DNA from: Candidatus Margulisiibacteriota bacterium
GTDB lineage: Bacteria > Margulisbacteria > WOR-1 > O2-12-FULL-45-9
Direction: 5' to 3'
Assembly (NCBI GenBank): GCA_034723395.1
Contig: JAYEOW010000006.1
Coordinates: forward strand, 1-52,604
DNA length: 52,604 nt
Shown: one piece after another, positions 26,009-38,174 of the stretch
Layout: each line of letters opens with the position of its first letter
Numbering within the stretch: the stretch's first letter is position 1
Program-made: the position numbers and the translations under genes
The notes under the pieces: model-generated
What the model saw: the letters and a program-made list of their open reading frames with translations, nothing else
Told to the model about the DNA's origin: nothing
Database searches by the model: none

Positions 26009-26611
26009 CTACCCTTCGAGAAGGAAAACACCCTCCGCCGCCCGCCAACTGGTGAATCGCCCGGAAATCGTCCTCCCATTCTCCCCCAGGAAAATCTGTT
26101 CCAACATGTTAATGTTATTTTCACGACAAAGGATTTTAAAATCCTTGATGGTCATCAGCCGGATATTCGGTGTGTTATACCACTCATACGGCAGCGTCTT
26201 TGTTTTTGGCATCCGCTCCTTAAACAGCAAGCTCAAGACCAGCTTCCAATGCCCGAAGTTGGGAAAACCAACGATAGCCTTCTTCCCCACCCTGACCATC
26301 TCTTTGATCACCAGCAGAGTATCGTACATCGCCTGAAGGGTCATATTTAAGACCACAAAATCAAACGATTTATCCTGAAAACTGGCAAGCCCCCGGTTTA
26401 GGTCGAGCTGCATCACCGAAAGCCCTTTCTTCATGCACTCATTTAACCCCTCAGAATATTTATCAACCCCCGCTCCCTTAACCTGTTTATCTTTGATCAG
26501 TGAAGACAATAAATTCCCATCACCGCAGCCAAGGTCAAGTACGCTCGCCCCCTCAGTAATGAAATTTTCGATTATCTTATGGTCCGGCCTTAAGACCTTT
26601 CGGTATCCCAT
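26009..26611 (-). CDS. metW: Methionine biosynthesis protein MetW
   Basis: VLDLGCGDG, FPNFGHW, LPYEWYNTPNI; follows metX. Confidence 0.95.
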   Translation of the reverse strand: MGYRKVLRPDHKIIENFITEGASVLDLGCGDGNLLSSLIKDKQVKGAGVDKYSEGLNECMKKGLSVMQLDLNRGLASFQDKSFDFVVLNMTLQAMYDTLLVIKEMVRVGKKAIVGFPNFGHWKLVLSLLFKERMPKTKTLPYEWYNTPNIRLMTIKDFKILCRENNINMLEQIFLGENGRTISGRFTSWRAAEGVFLLEG

Positions 26612-27682
26612 TTATTTCGCACCTTCTAAAAAACTAGTAATTGCCTTGGTCATCCCTTCGGTCTCCAAAAGAAAGGCATCGTGCCCGTAAGTCGACTCGA
26701 TCACCCGGTATGATACATTTTTAAAGTTATCCTTAAGCGCGTCAACGATTTCCAGACATTGATACTCCGGAAAGAGCCAATCCGACTTGAAATAGATCAC
26801 CAGGAACCGGCTTTTACATTTATTTAACGCTTTGGCCAAGGAACCATTTCCCTCATCGGATAGGTCGAAGAGGTCGATCGCTTTAGAGATATAAAGATAA
26901 GTATTGGCATCAAATCGCTCGGTAAAACGCCCTCCTTTATATTGGAGATAGCTCTCGACTTCAAATTGGGGCCCGGTAAATTTAACTTCGAAATCCTTAC
27001 CCTCTCGCACTTTCCTGCCAAATTTCCTGGCCATCGATTTATCACTCAAATAAGTAATATGGCCGACCATCCGGGCAATGCTCAGCCCGTCATTCGGAGG
27101 GGTTTTATCATAGTAGTCCCCTTTATTCCAGTTTGGATCATGGACGATTGCCCGGCGCCCAACCTCATTGAACGCTATGTTTTGCGCTGAGGTCCTGGCC
27201 GAGGTTGCGATCGGAATAACATTCCGTACCCGATCGGGATAACTAACCGCAAATTGCAGAGACATCATCCCCCCCATCGACCCGCCCGTCGCAACCAGCA
27301 CAGAATCAATTTTCAGCTCATCTAAAACCTTAACTTGGGCATTAACCATATCTTTGATCGTAATTTGAGGGAATTTTAACCCATAAGGGGTTTTTGTTTT
27401 TGGATCGATCGAGGCTGGACCGGTCGATCCCTGACAGCCACCCAAAGCATTAATACAAAGGACAAAATACTTGTCGGTATCAAAGGCTTTCCCGGAGCCG
27501 ACTATATTCCCCCACCACTCCACGACATTTGCGTCACCCGAAAGGGCATGAAAAACCAGAACCACATTGCTCTTTGCCCGGTTAAGATCCCCGTAGGTCT
27601 CATAAGCAAGGGTAACCTGCTCTAATTCCTCGCCGCTCTCGAGTTTAAAATTTTTCAGCTCTATCTTATCGACTGGAATCAC
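26612..27682 (-). CDS. metX: Homoserine O-acetyltransferase
   Basis: HALSGD, GGSMGG, RFDAN, YGHDAFL. Confidence 0.95.
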   Translation of the reverse strand: MIPVDKIELKNFKLESGEELEQVTLAYETYGDLNRAKSNVVLVFHALSGDANVVEWWGNIVGSGKAFDTDKYFVLCINALGGCQGSTGPASIDPKTKTPYGLKFPQITIKDMVNAQVKVLDELKIDSVLVATGGSMGGMMSLQFAVSYPDRVRNVIPIATSARTSAQNIAFNEVGRRAIVHDPNWNKGDYYDKTPPNDGLSIARMVGHITYLSDKSMARKFGRKVREGKDFEVKFTGPQFEVESYLQYKGGRFTERFDANTYLYISKAIDLFDLSDEGNGSLAKALNKCKSRFLVIYFKSDWLFPEYQCLEIVDALKDNFKNVSYRVIESTYGHDAFLLETEGMTKAITSFLEGAK

Positions 27683-27684
27683 TC

Positions 27685-29884
<2,200 letters not shown>

Positions 29885-29969
29885 GTTTACCTCATTATTA
29901 TGATAATTGCCGGCGCCGCCAGATTAACAATCTTTTCCGGATCAAAACAGATAGGTTTAGGCGCGAAAG

Positions 29970-30093
29970 AAGCGCCGAGGGAAAGGGCCATAAAGCGCGG
30001 CCCGGGCTTCTTAACAAGAATGCCCAAAACGCTACCAATAGTAGTTGATAACCCTTTTAAAGCGGAGAGCAAAAATGCGTAGCCGACATTCAT
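29970..30093 (-). pseudogene. N-terminal fragment of a ZupT/ZIP zinc transporter
   Basis: AFLLSALKGLSTTIGSVLG...RFMALSLG resembles the first ZIP helices, then runs into the cysK upstream region. Confidence 0.6.
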
Positions 30094-30128
30094 ATGCTAC
30101 AATTATACCTCAACACAGGAAAGAAGTA

Positions 30129-31313
30129 ATGATCTGGTTTGGATTTTTATTATCAATAGTGCTGCTGATGGTGGCAGCCCGCAAAAGTGTGTGGCTGGGC
30201 CTGACCCTGGCAGCGATTGTTTTAGGGCTGTTTACTCTGCCCCTTTCACAACTTTGCTTTGAAATATTAAGTACGCTCTCGGATATTTCTGTTTTTCTCC
30301 TGGCGCTGGCAGTGGGATTGATCCCCTTAATTGGCGGGGCTCTGGAAATATCAGGGTTAATGGATGATCTGACAGAAAATCTAAGGCTGAAAAAGAGAAC
30401 CTTCCTGGCATTTTCGCCAGCCCTACTTGGGTTACTTCCCATGCCCGGAGGGGCGCTTCTCTCCGCCCCCATGTTAAAAAAAGTCGGAAAAGATATCCCT
30501 GCCAACAACAAGTCGGCCCTTAATGTCTGGTTCAGGCATGTTTTTATACTGATATATCCGCTAGGAGCCTTGCTTGTCACCACCAAAATGGCCGGTCTCG
30601 ATCTTTATCTGGCGATACTTTATCTTATCCCGGGCTTTATATTAATGCTGGGCCTGGGCTATATTTTTTTGCTTAAAGGAATCAAGAACGATCATACATT
30701 CAAACAGCGATTTGATCCAAAAAAACTCATTGCCCCTTTCAGCATAATCCTGGCAGCCCCTTTAGTTCACCTCACCCTGATGACCATATTCAGCCAAATC
30801 ACTCCAGAAATTCCCCTTTTAATTGGAGTATCTTCCAGTCTTTTGCTTGTGCTATACATTGGGAAATTCAGGTTGGCGGGGATCAAAGAAATAGCGGTAA
30901 AAATGAGGATCTGGGACTTCGCGCTGATAATAATAGGCATGTTTCTATTCCTGAATATATTCAAAGCTTCCGATGCCCCTAAAGTAGTCGCAACTCTGCC
31001 GGTCTCAAAAGCCGTATTTTTAGTTGGGATCGGGGCCCTTTTTGGATTTATAACCGGAAGGGTTCAGACGCCTGTGGCAATTATCTTACCTATTTATTTT
31101 ACAAAGTTCGGGACCGGAACAATCACTCCGCTTGCTTTTGCGATAACATACTTTAGCATTTTTACGGGATATGTAATTTCGCCAGTGCACCCATGCGTAT
31201 CAGTTTCCATCGCATATTTTAAAGTAAAATTCAGTGATCTTTTAAAAATACTCGCGGCTCCAACAGCTATAGCTCTTGCAACAACATTTATTCTGGCAGT
31301 GATGTTTTTGTAA
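30129..31313 (+). CDS. DUF401 family membrane protein
   Basis: GLLPMPGGALLSAP, NVWFRH, SPVHPC. Confidence 0.85.
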   Translation: MIWFGFLLSIVLLMVAARKSVWLGLTLAAIVLGLFTLPLSQLCFEILSTLSDISVFLLALAVGLIPLIGGALEISGLMDDLTENLRLKKRTFLAFSPALLGLLPMPGGALLSAPMLKKVGKDIPANNKSALNVWFRHVFILIYPLGALLVTTKMAGLDLYLAILYLIPGFILMLGLGYIFLLKGIKNDHTFKQRFDPKKLIAPFSIILAAPLVHLTLMTIFSQITPEIPLLIGVSSSLLLVLYIGKFRLAGIKEIAVKMRIWDFALIIIGMFLFLNIFKASDAPKVVATLPVSKAVFLVGIGALFGFITGRVQTPVAIILPIYFTKFGTGTITPLAFAITYFSIFTGYVISPVHPCVSVSIAYFKVKFSDLLKILAAPTAIALATTFILAVMFL

Positions 31314-31399
31314 TTTTACTGTCGGTCGCGTGCCGGCGATCGTTTATTGCCAAGTCCCCGCGGATTGAAAGGTAAAATTGAGGTGCTAGAATTACAAAG

Positions 31400-31831
31400 A
31401 TGAAGGCTAGGAAAAATATAGCTATCCCTTTTTATAAAGCGGCGAAAAGCTTTGCGGAAGTCCTGCCGATGCTGCTGGGGGTCCTTTTGCTTATGGGGCT
31501 CTTCCAAACATTTATCTCGAAAGAGATTATTTTATCTATATTTACAGGCAACATTTGGCGAGATACTTTAATCGGTGCCTTAGCCGGGAGCATTTCTGCC
31601 GGAAATCCGATCGTCAGCTATATGATAGGCGGCGAACTTTTAAAACAACAGGTAAGCCTTCTGGCAGTGACAGCCTTTATGGTGGCATGGGTGACGGTCG
31701 GCGTCATCCAACTCCCCGCTGAGATACATATTCTCGGGGAACGATTCGCCATTGCCAGAAATATTATAAGTTTTATCTTGTCCATTCTGGTGTCAATCGC
31801 AACGGTTTTAACTTTAACATTGATTCAGTAA
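31400..31831 (+). CDS. Small permease
   Basis: GSISAGNPIVSY, WVTVGVIQLPAE, FAIARN. Confidence 0.8.
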   Translation: MKARKNIAIPFYKAAKSFAEVLPMLLGVLLLMGLFQTFISKEIILSIFTGNIWRDTLIGALAGSISAGNPIVSYMIGGELLKQQVSLLAVTAFMVAWVTVGVIQLPAEIHILGERFAIARNIISFILSILVSIATVLTLTLIQ

Positions 31832-31844
31832 AGAAAACAAAAAA

Positions 31845-31926
31845 ATGAATAAGAAGAAAAAAACCTATTTATATGGTCATTGCTTCGGTGATCGAGGGAA
31901 AAATTATTGAAATAATAGATAAATAA
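31845..31926 (+). pseudogene. Remnant of a partner permease (N- and C-termini only)
   Basis: MNKKKKT followed out of frame by IYMVIASVIEGKIIEIIDK*. Confidence 0.4.
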
Positions 31927-31966
31927 GCGGATATCACCCTAAAGCCTGGCTATCTCCAGGATAAGG

Positions 31967-32866
31967 TTATTTTCGCTTTTTTCTCTTCCCGCCCAAATTA
32001 CATTTTAATATGACATCTCCCAACCTGCCCCCAATATCCCTTGCCACCACCGGGCACTTAGCCCTGAACAGAAAAAAAATCGGATTTTTTTCTTCAGAAA
32101 GGGCTTCAAAATTCCCCTGCCCCTTACTGATGATCATCTTTGCCTGATTAAAAATCTGAATAAACTCCGGCGAGCAGTATTTCAAGACTGTCCCCGGGGC
32201 ATCGGAACCGCTTGAAATAATCGTGGCAACCTTGTCGATCCCGCATCCGACCGCATCCTCCCTCAGGGCATCGTTAATTACCGGACTTTCCTTCACAACA
32301 TAGGTGATCTTCTTTCCCATCCGGAACAATTCTTCTATTAAGACCCTATCGAAAACAACCTCCCCCGCGTTATCCGCCAGGTAAAGTATGGAAGGGTTGC
32401 TCTTCGCCGCTTTCCCGAAACTAAGGTAGTCAAAAACCGATTTCGACTCGGCCTTTTCTATTTCCTCATCCTCAGAAAAAATCTTTGCCGTCTCTTTTTC
32501 TATGTCCAGGGAATTCTTAACTCCGTAATCTATAATATTTCCGGCGATCGCCAGCTCCACCGCGGTCAGAAGCGGATCGCTCGAACCTTTAACTCTCTTC
32601 TTCAATTTGGGATAGAAGCCCAGCGCCAGCTCATTGCTTTTCTTCTTCACTTTCAGAAATGGGTCCTTCTCCCCGCTGATCTTTGCGACCAGCGCATATA
32701 TCTCCCTTCCGATCTCCGGCGGACTCGCTTCAAGAGCTAGACCGGGGACAAGCCTGGCAAGCTCATCCAAAACTTTTTTTTGGACAGTTTCATCTGCCCC
32801 GGCCATCCTGGCCGCATCCAGCGCCTGCCTGAAAAAACAGGGAATACAATCTAAATATGTTTTCAT
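31967..32866 (-). CDS. DUF89/ARMT1-like damage-control phosphatase
   Basis: DCIPC, AIAGNIID, DNAGEVVFD, SKGQGNFE. Confidence 0.92.
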   Translation of the reverse strand: MKTYLDCIPCFFRQALDAARMAGADETVQKKVLDELARLVPGLALEASPPEIGREIYALVAKISGEKDPFLKVKKKSNELALGFYPKLKKRVKGSSDPLLTAVELAIAGNIIDYGVKNSLDIEKETAKIFSEDEEIEKAESKSVFDYLSFGKAAKSNPSILYLADNAGEVVFDRVLIEELFRMGKKITYVVKESPVINDALREDAVGCGIDKVATIISSGSDAPGTVLKYCSPEFIQIFNQAKMIISKGQGNFEALSEEKNPIFFLFRAKCPVVARDIGGRLGDVILKCNLGGKRKKRK

Positions 32867-33522
32867 TCGGCCAAAACTCCAATAAATGCGCCGAACAGCA
32901 GCCTCAATCTGCTTAACCAGTTTTCCAAGCTTAATCTCATATTAAAGGCAAAATCACTATTTACCAGAGGCAGGTGAACTACACTCTTCCATTTTATCTG
33001 TTTATCTTTTCCCAAAATTTCCCTTACTTCCTTCAAGCTATAAAAATGCGCTTCCTGCCAGACTTTTTTCCCGCTTCTCTTTCTCTTCCAGGCCAACAGG
33101 CTGTTTCGATTTAGGATCCCCAGGAAAACTTTTCCTTTACTTACTCGAAAAGCCTCATCCAACGCCTTTTTGGGAGAAGGGATAAATTCAAGGGTTGTGA
33201 TCATCGCTACCAGGTCAAAGGAATTGTCGGCAAAAGGGAGATGGTAAGCATCACCCCTACTAAGATCAATTTTCAGCTCTCCGCGCAAATCTTTTGCCAC
33301 CTGGAGCATTTCAGGGGAAGTATCCAGGCCGACTACTTCCGCCCCAAGCTCCTTGAAATAAGTTGAGAAGTGTCCGGTCCCACAGCCGATCTCTAGAACT
33401 TTATCTCCTCCGCGTATCCGGCAAAGATCGGCAATAACCTTTTTTTCTAAAGTATCAACAAATCTCCCCTTGGGTGTTTTATACCACGCTTCATATTTAT
33501 TCGGCCTAAATTCTACCCCCAT
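32863..33522 (-). CDS. Class I SAM-dependent methyltransferase
   Basis: VLEIGCGTG, LPFADNSFD. Confidence 0.9.
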   Translation of the reverse strand: MGVEFRPNKYEAWYKTPKGRFVDTLEKKVIADLCRIRGGDKVLEIGCGTGHFSTYFKELGAEVVGLDTSPEMLQVAKDLRGELKIDLSRGDAYHLPFADNSFDLVAMITTLEFIPSPKKALDEAFRVSKGKVFLGILNRNSLLAWKRKRSGKKVWQEAHFYSLKEVREILGKDKQIKWKSVVHLPLVNSDFAFNMRLSLENWLSRLRLLFGAFIGVLAE

Positions 33523-33830
33523 CCCGGCCCCCAGAGCGGGTCCTTCCCAAACTGCTTCTTCCAGCGGGCTTCGGGGCTATCCTCTGAAACTTTTTCCTCG
33601 GCAAAGGAGTAATTATAAGCATCAATATACTTCATGATAACCTTGTTCGCCCAATTTATCTCTTTCATTTTATCGTGGCACTCTTTTTTATCTTTCTTAC
33701 TGCACTTATCGGGATGCCATTGCTTGCTCAATCTGCGGTAAATCGCCTTGATCTCTTTTAGAGAAGCTTTTTCTCCCAGCTCTAATATTTGTCTCGCCCG
33801 ATCAATGTCTGCAGCACTCGGCTTCATGAT
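33513..33830 (-). CDS. J-domain protein
   Basis: EIKAIYRRLSKQWHPDK; exact start uncertain. Confidence 0.85.
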   Translation of the reverse strand: MMKPSAADIDRARQILELGEKASLKEIKAIYRRLSKQWHPDKCSKKDKKECHDKMKEINWANKVIMKYIDAYNYSFAEEKVSEDSPEARWKKQFGKDPLWGPGWG

Positions 33831-34440
33831 CATGCTCCCCCACAAATAAAAGTGGAAATACGATATCGCTCACACAACAGGGGACCCAAACCGCCAGGAA
33901 TAAAAAGAAAAATATAACCATGCTTAAGAACCAATTAATGGTCCCTCCTAAAGCCATAATAATATGGAAAAGCGATGCCCAGGTGCTTAACAAGACATGT
34001 CCGGCATGGGGGAATTTTGTCCTGGGCCGGTAGTAAGCGATCGCCACTCCCAGAAGCGCCGCCGGGTTAACAATCCACCAATGCTCGATAAATCCGATAT
34101 GGATTTCCCGGTTAGGCAGGTTAAGCAAGACCTCTCCCAAATAAGGGATCAGGGAATCGCTCAAAGTAGCAATTCCAATAGAACCCACATAGCCGATCGC
34201 CAGCAGGGTTAAAAGGTTGCATTTTACCTTTAAAATGCCGCACTTGTAATGTTCGTACATGGAAGCTGTAACTAAAGCGCTTAAGACAACATGCAGGGGA
34301 TGCAGCACATAGAAAACCTGGAAAGACAACCCCTCGGGCAGGCGGTAAAAAAGCAGCATGACTACTATCCCTGTCAATGCGCCAAAAGTCGTAAACGGTG
34401 CGTGCCTTTCCAGCTCTTTAACTATTCTCTTTAACATCAC
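33802..34440 (-). CDS. His/Cys-rich integral membrane protein
   Basis: About six TM segments; HPLHV, PHAGHV, PCCVSD, EHDHEAECCRH. Confidence 0.8.
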   Translation of the reverse strand: MMLKRIVKELERHAPFTTFGALTGIVVMLLFYRLPEGLSFQVFYVLHPLHVVLSALVTASMYEHYKCGILKVKCNLLTLLAIGYVGSIGIATLSDSLIPYLGEVLLNLPNREIHIGFIEHWWIVNPAALLGVAIAYYRPRTKFPHAGHVLLSTWASLFHIIMALGGTINWFLSMVIFFFLFLAVWVPCCVSDIVFPLLFVGEHDHEAECCRH

Positions 34441-34476
34441 TTACCTCTGCTTAATCATCTAGTTTATCCAAAAGGA

Positions 34477-36579
34477 TTAAACCAAAACCCGTTTCTTTGC
34501 CTCCGCCGTCCCAATTTCAACAGCCTCTGTTTTGTATTCAGTTCTTTCCTTATACTCCTCCTGTTTTCCTTCATTCCAGTTCTTAACCGAACGAAAATAA
34601 CCCACCACCCGGGTATAAACCTCCGTCGGCAATCCACAAGCGGGACAGGCAAAATGTTCCCCCTTTATGTAACCATGCTCGGAACAAATACTATAAGTGG
34701 GGGTCAAGGTAAAATACGGCAAATTGGTATTATAGGCCACCTTTTTTATAAAGTTCTTCGTAGATTCAGCGGTAGGCATCCTCTCTCCCAAATAAATATG
34801 AAAAACTGTCCCTCCAGTATAAAGGGTTTGCAGCTTATTTTGGTGCTCAAGCGCCAAAAGCACCCCTAAAGAATTCCCGACCGGAAGATGGGTTGAATTC
34901 GTATAATATGGAGCTTCCTCGCCAGACGTAATAATATCAGGATATTTTCTCTTGTCCATTTTTGCCAGCCTGTAAGTTGTCCCTTCCGCCGGGGTAGCTT
35001 CCAGATTAAATATGGCTCCGGTCTCTTCCTGGAAATCCTGGAGTTTGGCAAGCATGAATTTAAGTATTTTGGCGGCAAATTCTTTCCCTTCCGGGGAGAT
35101 GATATCCTTGCCCATAAAGTTCAGAAGAGCTTCGTTCATCCCCACCAGCCCGATAGTAGAAAAATGGTTTCTGATCGTTCCAAGATATCTTTTGGTAAAA
35201 GGAACAAGCCCGTCTTCCATATTTTTGCTGACAACTTCCCTTTTTATTTCCAGGGAGACCTTGGCTAATTCCATAAGGTGGGACAAGCGCTCCATAAATT
35301 CCTTCTCGCTTTTAGCCTGATAACCAATACGGGGAAGGTTAATGGTCACCACACCAATGGAACCGGTAGAATCTCCGGAACCGAAAAGGCCGCCGGTAGT
35401 ATTGCGCCGGAGCTCCCTTAGATCAAGCCTGAGCCGGCAGCACATTGAGCGAACGTCACTGGGGTCCAAAGGACTGTTAATAAAGTTCTGGAAATAGGGC
35501 AATCCATATTTAGCCGTCATATCAAAAAGCAATTTTGCGTTGGGGCTATCCCAGTCAAATTCTTTGGTAATATTGTAGGTAGGAACAGGAAATGTAAAAG
35601 GCCGTCCGTTTTTATCCCCTTCAGTCATTACCTCAATAAACGCCCGATTTATTATATCCATCTCGTCTTGATATTCCTTATAACTGGAACTCTGAAGTTT
35701 CCCTCCAATGATCACCGGATCATCCGCCATATCACTTGGCACCACCCAATCAAAAGTAACATTGGTAAAAGGGGCCTGCCCTCCCCATCGGCTGGCAATA
35801 TTTAAATTAAAAACAAATTTTTGGATCTGTTGCTTAACCTGATCGTAGGAAAGCTTGTCCTTTCTTACAAAAGGCGCCAGATAGGTATCCACAGAATTAA
35901 AGGCCTGGGCGCCCGCCCATTCACCTTGCAGCGTGCCTAAAAAGTTAACCATCTGGAGAAGGGCCGTATCCAGATGCTTGGGCGGCAAAGACTCTACCTT
36001 GTCCGCCACTCCGTTAAAGCCTTCCATAAAAAGCTGTTTTAGCGACCAACCAGAACAATAACCGATAATTCCCAAAGAGAGGTCATGAATATGAAAGTCA
36101 CCATTGCGATGAGCATCAGCTACTTCGGTCGGATAGATCTTATCCAACGTATAATTAGCCATTATCGATCCTGAAATATGCATCATCATCCCGGAGTAGG
36201 AAAATGGCATGTTGCTGTTCTCTCTAACTCTCCAATCCTTCTGATACAGGTAATCATCAACCATGGATTCGACCTCAACAAAAGTGGACTTCAATCTTCT
36301 CATCTCATGCCGTTGTCTGCGGTAAAGAATATAGGCTTTGGCAACCTTGACATGACCGTTAGCCATAAGCACTCTTTCAACAACATCCTGAATCTGCTCC
36401 ACCGACGGGATATTTGAGACAAACTCTTTATCAATAATCTGTACTACCTTATCTGAGAGCCTAGTTGCAAGAGCTTGGTTTTCATCCCCCACCGCGGCTA
36501 TGGCTTTTGCAACAGCCTTGGTAATCCTCTCCTGATCAAAAGCAACCTTTCTTCCATTCCTTTTTATTATTTTTTCCAT
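34477..36579 (-). CDS. nrdD: Anaerobic (class III) ribonucleoside-triphosphate reductase with ATP cone
   Basis: IIKRNG ATP cone, HIHDL, SMCCRL, EATPAE, TRVVGY glycyl loop. Confidence 0.96.
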   Translation of the reverse strand: MEKIIKRNGRKVAFDQERITKAVAKAIAAVGDENQALATRLSDKVVQIIDKEFVSNIPSVEQIQDVVERVLMANGHVKVAKAYILYRRQRHEMRRLKSTFVEVESMVDDYLYQKDWRVRENSNMPFSYSGMMMHISGSIMANYTLDKIYPTEVADAHRNGDFHIHDLSLGIIGYCSGWSLKQLFMEGFNGVADKVESLPPKHLDTALLQMVNFLGTLQGEWAGAQAFNSVDTYLAPFVRKDKLSYDQVKQQIQKFVFNLNIASRWGGQAPFTNVTFDWVVPSDMADDPVIIGGKLQSSSYKEYQDEMDIINRAFIEVMTEGDKNGRPFTFPVPTYNITKEFDWDSPNAKLLFDMTAKYGLPYFQNFINSPLDPSDVRSMCCRLRLDLRELRRNTTGGLFGSGDSTGSIGVVTINLPRIGYQAKSEKEFMERLSHLMELAKVSLEIKREVVSKNMEDGLVPFTKRYLGTIRNHFSTIGLVGMNEALLNFMGKDIISPEGKEFAAKILKFMLAKLQDFQEETGAIFNLEATPAEGTTYRLAKMDKRKYPDIITSGEEAPYYTNSTHLPVGNSLGVLLALEHQNKLQTLYTGGTVFHIYLGERMPTAESTKNFIKKVAYNTNLPYFTLTPTYSICSEHGYIKGEHFACPACGLPTEVYTRVVGYFRSVKNWNEGKQEEYKERTEYKTEAVEIGTAEAKKRVLV

Positions 36580-36584
36580 TTTAA

Positions 36585-37416
36585 TTAGTCCTCTCTTTCT
36601 TTTATTTTTTTTCTTAATTTAGCAATGGAATCCTCAAGAGCTTTCATGAACGGATAAACCGTAGGCCCGCCGGTAAGCAAGGGGTGGGTCCCTACCTGGT
36701 AACTGTATAGCTCATAAATATCCAGTTTGGCCTGAATGGCGATCCCTATAGTATTTATTATTTCCCCGCAGGTAATCCCACCCAAAACCTCGGCGCCGAT
36801 AACACTGGCGGACTCCTCTGTAATTAACAGTCTGACATGGATTCGATTGGTTCCTTTAAATGCCAAAGGATGCTTGTCGTACCCTTTAAACTCACCGATC
36901 ACAAAACTTACATTCTGCTCTTTTGCCTGCCCCTCCGACATGCCGGCAGCCGCAAAAGTTTCTTCGCTTATTACCGTAGAAAAAATACCGATCGTCCCCA
37001 GGTTATGCCTCATAGTTTTTACGGAAAATATATTTGAGGCCACCACCCTTGATTCAGCCCCTGCAATGGAAGCCAGCATCACTTGAGAACTTCGTCTGGT
37101 AATAAAATCTATCTTTTGGGCACAATCTCCTATTGCAAAAATGTTCTTGTCTTCGGTTCTCATATAGGTATCAACCCTGATCGCGCCAAATCTGTTCACT
37201 TTTAATCCCGCTTTCTGGGCAAGCTCGCTGTTGGGGCGATATCCTAAAGCCAAAATCACCAAATCTGTCTCGATCCTCCGGCCATCTTCTAAAAGAACAT
37301 TTCTCGCTTTCCCTTATAAGCAATACGCTTTTATCCTTATAATATTTACAAATGGAGGAACCCAGGGATAATCCAGCCGGGCCGCCGCCAATAATAACTA
37401 CATCGAATTTATCCAT
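36585..37416 (-). pseudogene. FAD-dependent disulfide oxidoreductase paralog with large internal deletion
   Basis: MDKFDVVIIGGGPAG...LLIRESEK joined out of frame near 37300 to NVLLEDGRRIETDLVILALG; the Cys and NADH-binding region seen in 38174-39523 is absent. Confidence 0.85.
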
Positions 37417-38174
37417 TAAGTCCCCGGCCTGCGTTTTTTTGTTTCGTTTTCATCCATAGGCCTGGTTTCCGGCCGTTTAACGTCGTAAACCGAATAGACC
37501 TTAAGCGGTTTAAAGAGTTCCTTTAATTTCGATAACTCTTCAGGCGGCAAGGGCTTGATTGGGCAGGGACGCAGCGGAGTATTGATCTGCACCTCAACAG
37601 TGCCGATCCCTTTTGCCAGCTCCGCCAGGTCACGGGCATAATCTTTGTTCTGCGGCACAAACATGATTTGTAAAGCCAGTTTGCGGGGGTATTCCTGATT
37701 AAACTTTTTTATCCCTTCAACAACCATACGCAAAGTAAATCCATTCGTCGGCTTATTTACCGTATTAAAAACTTCTTCATTCGGCGCGTCCAGTTTGGCC
37801 ACCACCAGATCGGCCTGTCCCAAGTCCTTCCTTACCTTCGGATCATGCAGAAGGGACGAATTGGTTAATGCCGCCACCCGAACATTAAATCTTTTCTTAA
37901 TTTCCGAGACCACTTCCCCAAGATTAGCAGCCAGCGTCGGCTCCCCGGTCCCTGATAAAGTAATGTAATCGATCTCAAGCCTGGGAAGGCCCTCCAACTC
38001 TTTAATGATCTCTGAAGTCGGCACAAATATCCCGCGTTTTATTATGTGCCTTACTGTTTTTCCCAACTGGCAGTAGTTGCAATCAAAGGTACAGCTCTTC
38101 TCGCCGGAAATCAGATCAACGCCCAAAGATCTTCCTAACCGCCAACTGGGTACTGGGCCATAAACATATTTCAT
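37416..38174 (-). CDS. Radical SAM protein
   Basis: YGPVPSWRLGRSLG, CTFDCNYC, SGTGEPTL. Confidence 0.92.
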   Translation of the reverse strand: MKYVYGPVPSWRLGRSLGVDLISGEKSCTFDCNYCQLGKTVRHIIKRGIFVPTSEIIKELEGLPRLEIDYITLSGTGEPTLAANLGEVVSEIKKRFNVRVAALTNSSLLHDPKVRKDLGQADLVVAKLDAPNEEVFNTVNKPTNGFTLRMVVEGIKKFNQEYPRKLALQIMFVPQNKDYARDLAELAKGIGTVEVQINTPLRPCPIKPLPPEELSKLKELFKPLKVYSVYDVKRPETRPMDENETKKRRPGT

